This document shows, piece after piece, positions 46,350 through 56,894 of a stretch of DNA of 64,000 bases. Under the pieces are notes generated by a model. The model ran no database searches and was not told the DNA's origin. It saw nothing but the letters and a program-made list of their open reading frames with translations. How positions within the stretch are numbered: position 1 is the stretch's first letter; each line of letters opens with the position of its first letter. The DNA comes from Thermoplasmata archaeon. GTDB taxonomy: Archaea; Thermoplasmatota; Thermoplasmata; GCA-020350865. Location of the stretch: contig CP070751.1 in assembly GCA_020348445.1 (NCBI GenBank), positions 4,217,086 through 4,281,085 on the forward strand, in the 5' to 3' direction. The translations under genes were made by a program, and so were the position numbers.

Positions 46350-46607
46350 TCAGGAGGGGCTCTTTGAGACCTTGGAGAACATCAGCAAGATAATGCCCAC
46401 CAAAAGGACGACCGCGCCTATGATTGCGGCAGTCCAATCATATGGCCCGAACACTAAATGGCTCGTTTCATTGGTAAAAATCATCAATGTGTTGTGGACA
46501 ACCGCACCCAATGCTATGAAAAGCCCGATAAAAAGCACTATAAGCCCAGCTAAAAACGTGATAGGTCTGCCTGTTTTCTCAGGTTCTGCTGGTGGAGAAT
46601 CTCCCAA
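46350..46607 (-). CDS. Small two-TM membrane protein
   Basis: 85 aa with two hydrophobic helices. Confidence 0.6.
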   Translation of the reverse strand: MGDSPPAEPEKTGRPITFLAGLIVLFIGLFIALGAVVHNTLMIFTNETSHLVFGPYDWTAAIIGAVVLLVGIILLMFSKVSKSPS

Positions 46608-46795
46608 ATCATCTGCTGGAATAATAACACCTGAACTCTTGTATCTTGGTCATTGCTTATAAATTTTTTGTGGTGGATATTGATGATAACTTTTTTTTAC
46701 AAGGACCATGACTTTGAAGGGTGGGGATTAATAACTTATATAATTGTACCTGTATTATGGATACTTGTGTTCATGAACTAATCGGAGGGACCAAC

Positions 46796-47329
46796 CTGAA
46801 GGTGATCGTTCTCGCTGGTATGCCAGGTTCTGGAAAAGAGGAATTCGTTAAAATCGCATCCCAAGAGGGTATTTTCGCGGTGAGAATGGGGGAGGTGGTG
46901 AGAGAGGAGGTTAAATCCCGCGGTTTAGAACTTACAGATTCCAATATAGGCAGAATTGCCAGCAAGGAGAGGGAAAAACATGGATTTGGCATCTGGGCCA
47001 AAAGAACCGTACCCTTGGTTGAAGGGGATGTCGTTTTAATAGATGGTATCAGGGGAGAAACCGAACTTGAAGTCTTTAAAAGGGCTTTTGGCGATGATAT
47101 GGTACTTGTGGGGATACGAGCATCGCCTGAAATTAGATATGAAAGAATTGTAAAAAGAAATAGAGAGGATGCAACCATAACATGGGAAGCTTTCTTAGAA
47201 AGGGATTCGCGAGAAATTGGATGGGGCATTGAAAGTGCAATAGACCAATGTGACCATATGATATTAAACGAGGGCAGCCTAAAGGACTTCCAGGATGAAG
47301 TAAGAAACCTCCTCAAAACCCTAAAATAA
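46796..47329 (+). CDS. Archaeal dephospho-CoA kinase / UPF0200 NMP-kinase-like protein
   Basis: VIVLAGMPGSGK, MGEVVREE, LIDGIRG, ASPEIRYERI..R.REDA; probable CTG/GTG start at 46796-46802 after GGAGG. Confidence 0.8.
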   Translation: MKVIVLAGMPGSGKEEFVKIASQEGIFAVRMGEVVREEVKSRGLELTDSNIGRIASKEREKHGFGIWAKRTVPLVEGDVVLIDGIRGETELEVFKRAFGDDMVLVGIRASPEIRYERIVKRNREDATITWEAFLERDSREIGWGIESAIDQCDHMILNEGSLKDFQDEVRNLLKTLK

Positions 47330-47330
47330 C

Positions 47331-48074
47331 TCAGATCCCTACGCTGATTCCACCGTCTACAAAAATAACCTGACCCGTGATATAACTGGCCTCATCACTT
47401 GCCAAAAACACATGCATGTTGGCAATTTCCTTTGGCTCAGCCCATCTATTAAGTGGTATCTTATCAGTGATCATATCGAAGATTTCCTTGGGCATTTTTA
47501 TTGTCATGGGTGTTTTTGTGGCTCCCGGGGCTACACAGTTGACATTGATGTTGTACCTGGCACATTCAAGAGCCAATGTTTTTGTAAGACCTATTACTCC
47601 ACATTTTGAGGCTGCATAATTTGCCTGACCCATGTTTCCCAGAGCACCAATTGAGGATGTGTTGATAATTCTGCCATATTTCTGCTCGCCCATGATCTTC
47701 ATGGCAGCCTGACAGCATAAGAAGGTACCCTTTAAATTGATGTTGATTACAGCATCCCACTGCTCCTCAGTCATTTTCTTTGCAAAGGCATCCTTGTTGA
47801 TTCCCGCGTTGTTCACGAGGATATCGAGCTTTTCAAAGATATCCATTATTTCGTGGAACATCCTGTCCACTTCTTCCTTGCTCGATATATCTGCCAAAAG
47901 TACAATGGCTTCTTTACCCTTGGAATTAATCTTCTCTGCCACAGAATTTGCATTCTCCTCCACAACATCATTTATGACAACCTTAGCACCCTCCTCAGCA
48001 AATCTCAGGGCCGTGGCCTCACCTATACCTGATCCAGCGCCTGTTATCAAAGCAACCTTATCCTTTAGCTTCAT
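47331..48074 (-). CDS. fabG: FabG-like 3-oxoacyl reductase (classical SDR)
   Basis: TGAGSGIG, LVNNAGI, NTSS, YAASK, NCVAPG; likely start 48074. Confidence 0.85.
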   Translation of the reverse strand: MKLKDKVALITGAGSGIGEATALRFAEEGAKVVINDVVEENANSVAEKINSKGKEAIVLLADISSKEEVDRMFHEIMDIFEKLDILVNNAGINKDAFAKKMTEEQWDAVININLKGTFLCCQAAMKIMGEQKYGRIINTSSIGALGNMGQANYAASKCGVIGLTKTLALECARYNINVNCVAPGATKTPMTIKMPKEIFDMITDKIPLNRWAEPKEIANMHVFLASDEASYITGQVIFVDGGISVGI

Positions 48075-48088
48075 TTCATCCCCCCGCA

Positions 48089-48547
48089 TCAATTCCTTTT
48101 TCTTGTCATCATAACCACCCATTGCCCGTCTATTACAGTCTCATCCCTTTGATTTTGAACAATGGTTTCAAAGATCACGATTCCCCGCTCGGGCTTGCTA
48201 CTTTCCTTTTTCTCTGTAACCTTTAATAGGAGATGTACAGTGTCCCCGAACTTAACTGCACCCTTATAATTGATGGTCATGCTCAAAACCGCGATGGTGG
48301 TTCCCTCGAAGATACCCAGCTGGTTCCCAAGACCAGTTGCTATGCTTGCAACCAGTATACCATGGGCCACTCTTCCCTTGAGTGGAGAATTATCTGCAAA
48401 CTCGCGATCCATGTGTATGGGATTGAAATCCCCAGAAAGCCCTGCAAAAGTCACGACATCTGACTCAGTAATTGTTCTTGACGCAGTTGTGAATTCCTCC
48501 CCAATTTCAAATTCATCAAACGTTCTTCCTCTTATCTCATAAGCCAT
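48089..48547 (-). CDS. MaoC-family (R)-specific enoyl-CoA hydratase/dehydratase
   Basis: FAGLSGDFNPIHMD, VAHGILV, VKFGDT; likely start 48547. Confidence 0.9.
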   Translation of the reverse strand: MAYEIRGRTFDEFEIGEEFTTASRTITESDVVTFAGLSGDFNPIHMDREFADNSPLKGRVAHGILVASIATGLGNQLGIFEGTTIAVLSMTINYKGAVKFGDTVHLLLKVTEKKESSKPERGIVIFETIVQNQRDETVIDGQWVVMMTRKRN

Positions 48548-48566
48548 ATCCTCACCTCTATTTTTC

Positions 48567-49718
48567 TTATTTACCAAGTCCAAGCTCCCTTGCTATTATC
48601 ACCTGGAGGATTTCCGATGTTCCCCCCCCGAACAAAAGAAACCTGGTATCTCTCCAAAAACGCTGCACAGGATATTCCATTGAATAACCATAACTTCCAA
48701 ATATTCTTGTGGCCTCATCTGCTGCCCTGCATGCAGTTTCAGATGCAAAGTACTTGGCCATGCTCGCCTCCTTCATGCACGATTTTCCTTCGTCTATCAT
48801 CCTTGTTGCGTTGTAAACCAAAAGCCTTGAGGCCTCGATCTCAGTTGCCATTGTTGATATCTTCATCTGTATGGCCTGGAACTTGCCTATTGGCTTTTTA
48901 AACTGAACTCTTTCCTTTGCATATCTAAAGCTGGCATCGTAGGCAGCCCGGGCAAGACCCAGGCTCAATGCAGCAGTCATAGTGCGGATTTCTGCCAGTA
49001 TTCTCATGAGGTTTCCAAGACCCTTTCCCTCCTCTCCAAGCCTGTTTTCCAGGGGGATTTTGCAGTTCTCAAAGGCAAGTTCAGATGTCCATGTACCAAG
49101 GGTCCCAAGCTTATCGAATTTTGGACTTGCAGATAGCCCAGGGGTATCCTTTTCTACCAAAAAGAAGTTCAGACCCTTTGGACCTTTACTTTTATCTGTC
49201 TGACAAAGCACAGTAAAGAAATCGGCGTATGGTGCATTGGTAATCCAAGTTTTCATGCCGTTTATTATGTATCCGTCATCCACCTTTTTCGCTGATGTGG
49301 AAAGTGCCATGAGATCAGATCCTGCATCAGGCTCTGTAAGGGCAAAGGCCGCAACCTTTTCACCTTTAAGTGCAGGAACCAAGAGCCTCTTTTTCTGCTC
49401 TTCTGTTCCATGTGCAAAGATGAAATTCGTACCCATAAGGCACTGCATCGCAGTAAATGCCGCAACAGCCATTGATCCTCTGGCAAGCTCTTCACACATG
49501 ATGCAGAACATAGTGTTGGTTCCATTTGAGCCACCGTACTCAGTAGGATATCTTAATCCATAAGCTCCCATATCAGCCAGTTTTTTAAAGACCTCCTGGG
49601 GAAACTCGTCTTTTTCATCAATATCCCTTGCTATTGGAATTAGTTCGTTGTCAACGTACTTTGCAAACGTTTCCCTAAGGAGCTTTTCTGCATCTTCATC
49701 CAAGTTTTCCTCTATCAT
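48567..49718 (-). CDS. Acyl-CoA dehydrogenase
   Basis: FALTEPDAGSD, INGMKTWITN, RVQFKKPIGKFQ, FGSYGYS.EYPVQR, GGTSEI. Confidence 0.95.
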   Translation of the reverse strand: MIEENLDEDAEKLLRETFAKYVDNELIPIARDIDEKDEFPQEVFKKLADMGAYGLRYPTEYGGSNGTNTMFCIMCEELARGSMAVAAFTAMQCLMGTNFIFAHGTEEQKKRLLVPALKGEKVAAFALTEPDAGSDLMALSTSAKKVDDGYIINGMKTWITNAPYADFFTVLCQTDKSKGPKGLNFFLVEKDTPGLSASPKFDKLGTLGTWTSELAFENCKIPLENRLGEEGKGLGNLMRILAEIRTMTAALSLGLARAAYDASFRYAKERVQFKKPIGKFQAIQMKISTMATEIEASRLLVYNATRMIDEGKSCMKEASMAKYFASETACRAADEATRIFGSYGYSMEYPVQRFWRDTRFLLFGGGTSEILQVIIARELGLGK

Positions 49719-49879
49719 AATCTCATCCTGCTAACTTAATAAAGATATGTATTTTTATAAGAATCATTACCTCCAAATTCGTCACAGATTCTAATCTCTC
49801 GGATAACGGATTGTTTTTATATTAACGTTTGGATTTTTCAAAAAAAATCTTATTTGACCATCCTATTTATTCCTTTACT

Positions 49880-50686
49880 TCACCCTTTTTTTCCAATTGT
49901 ATAAAAACAAGGTGTAAAATGAAAGCATAATCCATTTTCAATTTCATTGATCTTATTTTTCTTGTATTCCTCAATTTGTTGGGGGCTCCAGCCATCTTTC
50001 TTAAACAGTTTTTCAAGAAGCCAAAAGTCTCTAAGAAATAACTCTAAATGTCTCTTGTCGTCCTTTATAAATAGAAAATCAGTTTCTGTGTCCATCCCAA
50101 ATTCTGTTTCAAGACCCGCCTTGTTAAACAGGATCTTCAATTTACGGCCGGCATACAGATCTGAACCCCTCTCCTTCAGGCTTTCAAGGATAAGGGGAGT
50201 TGCAGGACCCTCGGGGTAATCTATTCTTGAAGCATAATCTGGCTCAAGGGTTCCAAGGACATATCCTTCCTTTTGTGTCACCCTTGCCATTTCGTCCACT
50301 GCCCTTTGCTGCTCCTTCACATGCATCAAGACGATGTTAAATACCACGCAATCAAAGGTCTCATCCTCAAATGGCAGGCTCAATACATCCCCCTCCATTA
50401 ATTTGATATTGGGAACATTACGCAGTGCTTTTATGGCCTCCTGAAGTTTTCCCGTGTCTATATCAATACCCACGACCTCGCCTTTTGACAAGAGCGCGAT
50501 ATCCAGGGTAACTGCACCTGTTCCGCAGCCAACATCCAATATTTTCTTTTTATTTTTCAGATCCACTTTTTCATAGAGTTTGTTTCTGTACTCCCTGCTT
50601 TCCTCGGCCTGATATTTCAATTTCTTTATCCAATCATCCAAGGTCCAGTCATCTTTTTTTTCATTTGCCATACTATCACGACCCAT
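49880..50686 (-). CDS. Class I SAM-dependent methyltransferase
   Basis: ILDVGCGTG, GIDID, GDVLSLPFEDETFD. Confidence 0.9.
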   Translation of the reverse strand: MGRDSMANEKKDDWTLDDWIKKLKYQAEESREYRNKLYEKVDLKNKKKILDVGCGTGAVTLDIALLSKGEVVGIDIDTGKLQEAIKALRNVPNIKLMEGDVLSLPFEDETFDCVVFNIVLMHVKEQQRAVDEMARVTQKEGYVLGTLEPDYASRIDYPEGPATPLILESLKERGSDLYAGRKLKILFNKAGLETEFGMDTETDFLFIKDDKRHLELFLRDFWLLEKLFKKDGWSPQQIEEYKKNKINEIENGLCFHFTPCFYTIGKKG

Positions 50687-50691
50687 TTCTT

Positions 50692-51015
50692 TTATTCAGG
50701 AAGCTCCTCAAACACCTGCTTCATATTCTTTCTGTATTCCATAAATGCATCTCTTCCTTTTTTAGTTAACTGTAACATAGTATGGGGTTTCTTACCTACA
50801 AACTCCTTTTTAATATACACGTACTCGGCCTTCTCCAGTTTTGAAAGATGCGAGGAAAGGTTCCCAAATGTCAAACCAGTTTGCCTCATAAGAAATAAAA
50901 AATCTGCACTCTCCACAACATATAAATTGGCCATTATCGAAAGACGGGCAGGCTCGTGGATGAGCTTGTCTATTTCCATAATCGGGCTTTCTTTTGCCTT
51001 TTTCTCAGGGGGCAT
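50692..51015 (-). CDS. Winged-helix transcriptional regulator (HTH_34/ArsR-like)
   Basis: IHEPARLSIM...LTFGNLSSHLSKLE..EYV...K.FVGKKP.T..QLT.KGR.AF. Confidence 0.9.
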   Translation of the reverse strand: MPPEKKAKESPIMEIDKLIHEPARLSIMANLYVVESADFLFLMRQTGLTFGNLSSHLSKLEKAEYVYIKKEFVGKKPHTMLQLTKKGRDAFMEYRKNMKQVFEELPE

Positions 51016-51601
51016 TTGCGAGCTCCTCCTCGTTTGGAAGTGGATATTTACGCAGAAAGCGTATCATCATTGTTATGCCGATAAAAAGTGCTGTGCTTCC
51101 GAACACAAGTTCGATTACAGGACCAGTTGGAACACCGTATATACCCCAAAAGACCTCAATTGTTGCCATCATCAGACCGTATAGGAGTAATGGCCAGTAA
51201 TCTATGAAATACGCCAGCATTCCTAAAACCAGAACTAAAAGAAGAGCCATAAAAGGGGAGGCATGTCCACTTAGAGGTTCTACATTACTTATTGCTATGA
51301 GAAAAAATGAGATTGTTATCATAATTGCTACAATAAAAACAAATACAAGTTTCTTTTTTTGAAACCTTAGATCTGGATTGAACCGAACTCTGCCAAGTCT
51401 TGGGATTGTTATATATTTCTTACCAAGTATGGGAACTAATACACCACCTAATATTAAGAAAGTAAACAAAATATTATCAGTTAATGCCCTAATTGCCCCC
51501 ATGATCATCATTATTCCGAACAAAATATCCCAAAAGCCGTCTTGAAAATAGGTAAGCCAGGCCTTTTTCTCCAGTTCCTTAAGATCGAGTTCTGGATTCA
51601 T
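51005..51601 (-). CDS. Multi-TM membrane protein (paralog A)
   Basis: LKELEKKAWLTYFQDGFWDILFG...ITIPRLGRVRF...LRKYPLP. Confidence 0.8.
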   Translation of the reverse strand: MNPELDLKELEKKAWLTYFQDGFWDILFGIMMIMGAIRALTDNILFTFLILGGVLVPILGKKYITIPRLGRVRFNPDLRFQKKKLVFVFIVAIMITISFFLIAISNVEPLSGHASPFMALLLVLVLGMLAYFIDYWPLLLYGLMMATIEVFWGIYGVPTGPVIELVFGSTALFIGITMMIRFLRKYPLPNEEELANAP

Positions 51602-52200
51602 GCTAAGTTCTCCTCCTTCCCCGGTAGTGGGTATTTTTTTAAGAATTGGATGAGCACATAAAGTCCGACAATTAATGCAATCATTCCAATAACTAGTATT
51701 GCAATATTGCGAATAGGTTTGTCATAAACTCCTCGTAGGATTTCTGAAAATGCATAAAGCAGTCCATAGATTCCCAAGCGTATGTAATTTAGAAAATAAG
51801 CTACTATGACAAATATAGAAGCAATAAATGCAGGAATAACCAAGCGACCTACTATTTCATGAGGTTTATTTCCAAATATAGACAGATAATAAAGCGTAAG
51901 CACAACAAGAAAAACAATTAACAAGGCTATCATCATCTTCATTTGCTTCATCATTCTGGTTTTTCCAAACTTTACCAATCCGATGCGCGGTAATGTGATA
52001 AATCTCTTCCCTAGAGTCACAACTAAAACAGCAACAAAAATGAAAGAAGTAAACCAAATATTATAAAAATACGCCTGGATTGCCAAGGTAAGCAGCATTA
52101 TTCCCATAAATATATCATACAGACCATCTTGGGACATATATGTCCTCCAGGCCTTCTTCTCCACTTCCCTTAGATCAATATCTTCTATCATATCATACAC
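51598..52200 (-). CDS. Multi-TM membrane protein (paralog B)
   Basis: LREVEKKAWRTYMSQDGLYDIFMG...ITLPRIGLVKF...LKKYPLP. Confidence 0.8.
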   Translation of the reverse strand: MYDMIEDIDLREVEKKAWRTYMSQDGLYDIFMGIMLLTLAIQAYFYNIWFTSFIFVAVLVVTLGKRFITLPRIGLVKFGKTRMMKQMKMMIALLIVFLVVLTLYYLSIFGNKPHEIVGRLVIPAFIASIFVIVAYFLNYIRLGIYGLLYAFSEILRGVYDKPIRNIAILVIGMIALIVGLYVLIQFLKKYPLPGKEENLA

Positions 52201-52380
52201 CTTGATTATAGATATGTACTTTATGATATATAATACTTTGCATCACAAAGCTCTCTGTATCTCCATGTTAAATACCATTAATTATATATACAACGTTATC
52301 TATATCTAACATTATGTGTGAACGGTCAGACAAAAAGTTAGAAAAACCTAATAACACACCAAAATCAAGGGGGTAGAAAG

Positions 52381-52788
52381 ATGAAGGAAAAGACTAGATT
52401 TATGATCGGTGCAATTCTATTGACATCTATTGCGGTATGCCAGTTTTCGGCATCCTTGTATTTTCTGTTCATAATAGAGGATAGGGATGTCGCCTTGGCC
52501 TGGTTTGGAGTTTCGATACTCTCCATGCTGGTATTTGCAGTGATTCTGAAAAAAGGATATACTGATATGAAGCAGGAAATGCCATCAGAGGATGAAAGAT
52601 CATTGAAGATAAGGATGTTTGCAGCTGGTTACACGTACTTTTTCTCACTATTTTGGTGGCTTGCTTTGATGTTCGTAAACGACTTGTTTGCCACATGTGA
52701 GCAGCTGATTGGAATAGGTGTGCTGGGAATGTGTGTAATATTTGGTTCTTGGTGGGGGTACCTAAGCAAAAGAGGTGATGTGATATGA
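52381..52788 (+). CDS. DUF2178-like membrane protein
   Basis: EDERSLKIRMFAAGYTY motif between TM helices. Confidence 0.7.
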   Translation: MKEKTRFMIGAILLTSIAVCQFSASLYFLFIIEDRDVALAWFGVSILSMLVFAVILKKGYTDMKQEMPSEDERSLKIRMFAAGYTYFFSLFWWLALMFVNDLFATCEQLIGIGVLGMCVIFGSWWGYLSKRGDVI

Positions 52789-53111
52789 AAAATGTATTTT
52801 GGTACCTTGGCTTTTTATCCATTTTAAGCCTGCTGTACTGTGCAGAGGGGAAAGTTGGCTTTCTTGGTTTTCTTGGATTTATCTCATATTTCTCTGTATA
52901 TAAAATGAGTGATGAAAGAATTGATAAGAATATCGGGAGAGCGACAAGAAACTCTTTCATGTACACAACATTCTTTGGGTCCGGTGCATTTGCATACGGG
53001 TATTTAACAAAGAACATGGAGATACTTTTTCCTGCATTCATACTTCTTTTCGGGGGTTCATTGGTTGTCTGCCTGCTATCCCTATTTTACTATGACAGGT
53101 TAGGTAAATAA
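52785..53111 (+). CDS. DUF3796-like membrane protein
   Basis: [11 protein letters not shown]...[12 protein letters not shown]...[11 protein letters not shown]. Confidence 0.7.
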   Translation: MKNVFWYLGFLSILSLLYCAEGKVGFLGFLGFISYFSVYKMSDERIDKNIGRATRNSFMYTTFFGSGAFAYGYLTKNMEILFPAFILLFGGSLVVCLLSLFYYDRLGK

Positions 53112-53112
53112 A

Positions 53113-53319
53113 ATGAAAACAAGAATAAAGGAGCTTCGGGCAAGATACGATCTAACCCAGGAAGACCTTGCCAAAATGGTGGGAGTAAGAAGGGAGACCA
53201 TCATATATCTGGAAAAAGGAAAGTACAATCCCTCCCTTAAATTGGCTCACGATGTTGCAAAGTCACTAAAAACAACAATTGATGAATTGTTTATTTTCGA
53301 GGAGGACAAATCTGAATAG
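53113..53319 (+). CDS. XRE/Cro-C1 HTH transcriptional regulator
   Basis: [41 protein letters not shown]. Confidence 0.95.
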   Translation: MKTRIKELRARYDLTQEDLAKMVGVRRETIIYLEKGKYNPSLKLAHDVAKSLKTTIDELFIFEEDKSE

Positions 53320-53747
53320 GTCAAATAGAAATTATTTTAATCACTTGATTTCTTTTTTGTAACTTTTGTCTTCAAAAACCATATAGACCAGCATTATAAC
53401 CAAGAAAATATCTATGATCACTACAGAAAGAATGCAAAAGGGTATACAAGAATACCCCGTAAAAATCATTAGATTGAAGAATACAGCCAAGATTGATATC
53501 GAGGCGACCATGACATATTCAAATTTCTTTGTGTATTTAAACAACAGATACAATTCTGGAGCTGCCGTAACTATGCCTCCAACATTTTGGTGATTTTTGA
53601 TGGTATCTTCGTGATATTTTGGAAATCCCTCCTTTGTTTTCGATCTTTTTTAAAGGGTTTACCACATTATATTAATAAAAAAGCCTATTTAAAGATGGGC
53701 AGGGATATCCCTGGGCTATCCCCTACTCTACCCATTTTTGCACTTAT

Positions 53748-56390
53748 TTACGGAAGATCCTGTGGACTTTCTAAATCCTTTTCTTCTTCCTTTCTCTTCT
53801 TTCTCTTTGCCCACATCACCAAAAATGTGGGAAGAACAAATACAGAGGCAATGAAGCTGTAGAAAATTGTCAATGCAGTGATTATCCCGAACTGTTGCAA
53901 AGGTGGTAAAGTTGCAAAAACCAACAATCCAAATCCCGCAATAGTGGTGGCAGCACCTCCAAATAAAGCAGTGCCTGTGTGGGAAACTGTACTTCTGCAG
54001 GCCTCGTCAATACTATCAAAGCGGCCCAAATCCTCTGCAAACCGATGAGAGATATGGATACCGTAGTCAACGCCGATACCGATTGTCAAAGAAGTGACCA
54101 TGAGCGTCATTATGTTCAGCGAGATATCCAAAAGATACATGGAACCCAGGGTCCAAAGCACACAAAATGTTACAGGAAGAATGGTTAGAGTACCCATTAA
54201 AAAAGATTTATCTTTTAAGCGAAACACAATGGTGAGAAATACAAGGGAAACCAAAAGTGTAACAAATAATGAGCGAACCTGGCTGTTGTTGAGCATATCT
54301 AATATAACAGTGGTTACAATGCTGCCTCCAGTGAGAACAGCGCTGTCTGCACTTGATTCCAAAGGCGTCATATGCTCATCCATGCTATTCATTAACTCCT
54401 TGGTCTCCTCACTGTCTGCAGCTGTTATGTCCACGGAAATCCGAAGAACTACGGCATCGTACTCCCTCCCTTCAGTTCTGTGCAAGACTGAACGTATGTC
54501 CCTATTCGAGAAAGGATTGGAATATAGCCAATCATACAAGGTAGTAATGTTCGCTTGAGAAGTATCTGACAGGGGCATTCCATCAGAACCAAATGAGTTG
54601 TTGTACAGGATGGCAAATGCGGGATCGTAGTTTGGATCCGAAAATCCAAAGGGAGTTGAATTAGTAGCCCAGTCCTTCATAACAGAGAGTATAGAAACAA
54701 CATCAGGCTCTTCCCCAGATTGAATAACATGTTTGTCATCACCCATATTGTCAATAGTCTCTCCAACATCCCTTAAAAGATCAGGGTTTGTAATATCCCC
54801 CCTAACAAGAATCTGAACCTCCTCAGCCTCACCACCTATTACCTGAAATTCGTTCAACATATAGTTCAGATCATCTGTTATCTCCAGGTTATCAGGAAGA
54901 AAATCAGTGAAGTCAAACGTCGTTTTCAGGTTGATTGCAGAATACACAGCACCCGCCGATACCAAAAGTACAACCAATATGATCACCTTTGGATGATGCT
55001 CTGCAGCAACTGCCCCAGCACTTATTGTTTTGTCCAATACCGCAACTCCGGCCTTCTTTGCCTTTGATTCTTTTTTCTCTGATTTTTCATTGCCTTTCTC
55101 ATCTCGCTTCTTTTTCTTTTTTGCCCTGCGGCTGTCACGAATATGCAGGCATGCGGGAACAAAAGTGACCATAGTGAAGAAACAGCTGACAATTCCTATA
55201 GCTGCTATGATACCAAAATCCCTGATGGGGGCCATTGGGGATGCAAGACTCGATAAGAACGCCGCAACCGTTGTTATCGTGACAAGTAAAAGCGCCATTC
55301 CCACATGTTTTATTGTATTGTTGACTGCATCATCAATGACGCTTCCCTTCCCAAGCTCCTCCCTATGTCGCATTGTGAGATGGATGCCGTAATCTATTCC
55401 AAGACCAACTATCAAAACAGGCACGACAGTTGTCATTGGATTGAAGGAATAACCCAAAGCTGTTCCAAAGCCGTACATCCAGATTATACCCATTACCAAG
55501 GCAAGAAGTGAAAACAGCATATCCATTCCGCTTCTGAAAACCAATGCCAGAACCAAAATTACCATGATAAAGGCCATGGGCAATAGAAAGCCGATATTTG
55601 CGCTGTTTGCCTCCATGATCTCGTTCATTATAAGGCTCATCCCCATAACGCGCATTTCGGATGATTCAAACGTCATACCCCTTACTATCTTGTCCATCTG
55701 CTCCTCGGATCTTGTAACAGGGGTTTCAACTGTGGACATTCCATGCTCTTCTTCCCCCTCCGGATCCTCGTTTAATGAGCCATTGAGAGATATCGAGATT
55801 AGGGTCCCTTTAGCCTGAAAGACACCTGATTTAGGTGAAAAGTCTTTTGTCAAGAGCATATAAAACAATCCCTTGACCTGAGCAGGAGTGTCATCAGATT
55901 CCAAAATGAATGATACTGTTTGTTTTATCTGTTCATCATCCATGGATTCAAGTGCCAATATCTTCTCATCGAAAGAGGGATTTGTAATACCCAAACCAGC
56001 TAAAATGGATCGACCCAGTATGTCAGCTACGGAATTCGCATTGGAAGAAGGATTCTCTGGATTCATCAGGGTTGGGGTAATTAAAGAATCATTGACTATT
56101 TCCCTTTCCACCTTGAGCATTTCAACAAGAACTGCCGAGGTTAATACATCATTGTTTTCCCCTTTGACCAGGATGGATACAGAGTACACGTTGGATGTAC
56201 TGAACAATTCTGATACCGCATCCTGTGCCTTGATAACCTCATGTTCCGGCATAAACGATGATTCTGAGAACTCCTGGTCTATTCCGAGAACACCGATGAA
56301 AGTCATTGATAAAAACGTTATAGCCAAAATAATGGTTATTGTTATCTTGGGATATTTTGAAACACGGTCCCCTAATGACTTGATTACCAT
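53748..56390 (-). CDS. RND-superfamily (MMPL/HAE3) transporter
   Basis: Two repeats of TM plus large extracellular loop plus 5 TM; GLGIDYGIHL and GIGVDYGIHI. Confidence 0.92.
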   Translation of the reverse strand: MVIKSLGDRVSKYPKITITIILAITFLSMTFIGVLGIDQEFSESSFMPEHEVIKAQDAVSELFSTSNVYSVSILVKGENNDVLTSAVLVEMLKVEREIVNDSLITPTLMNPENPSSNANSVADILGRSILAGLGITNPSFDEKILALESMDDEQIKQTVSFILESDDTPAQVKGLFYMLLTKDFSPKSGVFQAKGTLISISLNGSLNEDPEGEEEHGMSTVETPVTRSEEQMDKIVRGMTFESSEMRVMGMSLIMNEIMEANSANIGFLLPMAFIMVILVLALVFRSGMDMLFSLLALVMGIIWMYGFGTALGYSFNPMTTVVPVLIVGLGIDYGIHLTMRHREELGKGSVIDDAVNNTIKHVGMALLLVTITTVAAFLSSLASPMAPIRDFGIIAAIGIVSCFFTMVTFVPACLHIRDSRRAKKKKKRDEKGNEKSEKKESKAKKAGVAVLDKTISAGAVAAEHHPKVIILVVLLVSAGAVYSAINLKTTFDFTDFLPDNLEITDDLNYMLNEFQVIGGEAEEVQILVRGDITNPDLLRDVGETIDNMGDDKHVIQSGEEPDVVSILSVMKDWATNSTPFGFSDPNYDPAFAILYNNSFGSDGMPLSDTSQANITTLYDWLYSNPFSNRDIRSVLHRTEGREYDAVVLRISVDITAADSEETKELMNSMDEHMTPLESSADSAVLTGGSIVTTVILDMLNNSQVRSLFVTLLVSLVFLTIVFRLKDKSFLMGTLTILPVTFCVLWTLGSMYLLDISLNIMTLMVTSLTIGIGVDYGIHISHRFAEDLGRFDSIDEACRSTVSHTGTALFGGAATTIAGFGLLVFATLPPLQQFGIITALTIFYSFIASVFVLPTFLVMWAKRKKRKEEEKDLESPQDLP

Positions 56391-56418
56391 GAAAAATCAC
56401 CTTAGAATACTTATCTTG

Positions 56419-56688
56419 CTACTCTCCAGCGTCGTCTTTTGTTTCCTTGTCATGTGCTTCCAGGATCTTACCAATGCTGTCAGTCATTTCTGTAAATACC
56501 TGGTTTAGAACACTGCTTTCAATCAACATAATTGCCCAAGCGCCGTTGGGGAGGGGATTTGATATGACCAGGAGCTTGTCTCCGGGCTTTATCCCATGTT
56601 TCTTTCTCATCTCTGCTGGTAAAACGATCTGTCCTCTCTCACCAACAGTTGTACTTCCTTGAAATTCAGGCTTTTGGAACATCACCAT
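56419..56688 (-). CDS. AbrB/MazE/SpoVT-family DNA-binding protein
   Basis: TTVGERGQIVLPAEMRKKHGIKPGDKLLV; likely start 56688 or 56682. Confidence 0.88.
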   Translation of the reverse strand: MVMFQKPEFQGSTTVGERGQIVLPAEMRKKHGIKPGDKLLVISNPLPNGAWAIMLIESSVLNQVFTEMTDSIGKILEAHDKETKDDAGE

Positions 56689-56894
56689 CACCAGGGGTCG
56701 TAATGATAAAACATGTATATAGTATTTTTCACTAGAATCATACCTTTCATTCATTTCACTCACGAATTACAGCTTAAAAATACCCCCAGTATCTACAGAA
56801 ATAACTCTCAAATCCCGTAATTGATACAGAAATACTTCCTTACCGTCTTTTTAATACCACGGACTCAATGTTTTAAAAGACTCCTGTGCGTTTT

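Noticed and set aside
53341-53553. 70-aa hydrophobic minus-strand ORF
   Set aside because: TTG start without a clear RBS in an AT-rich gap; may be a real or truncated membrane protein but cannot be supported.
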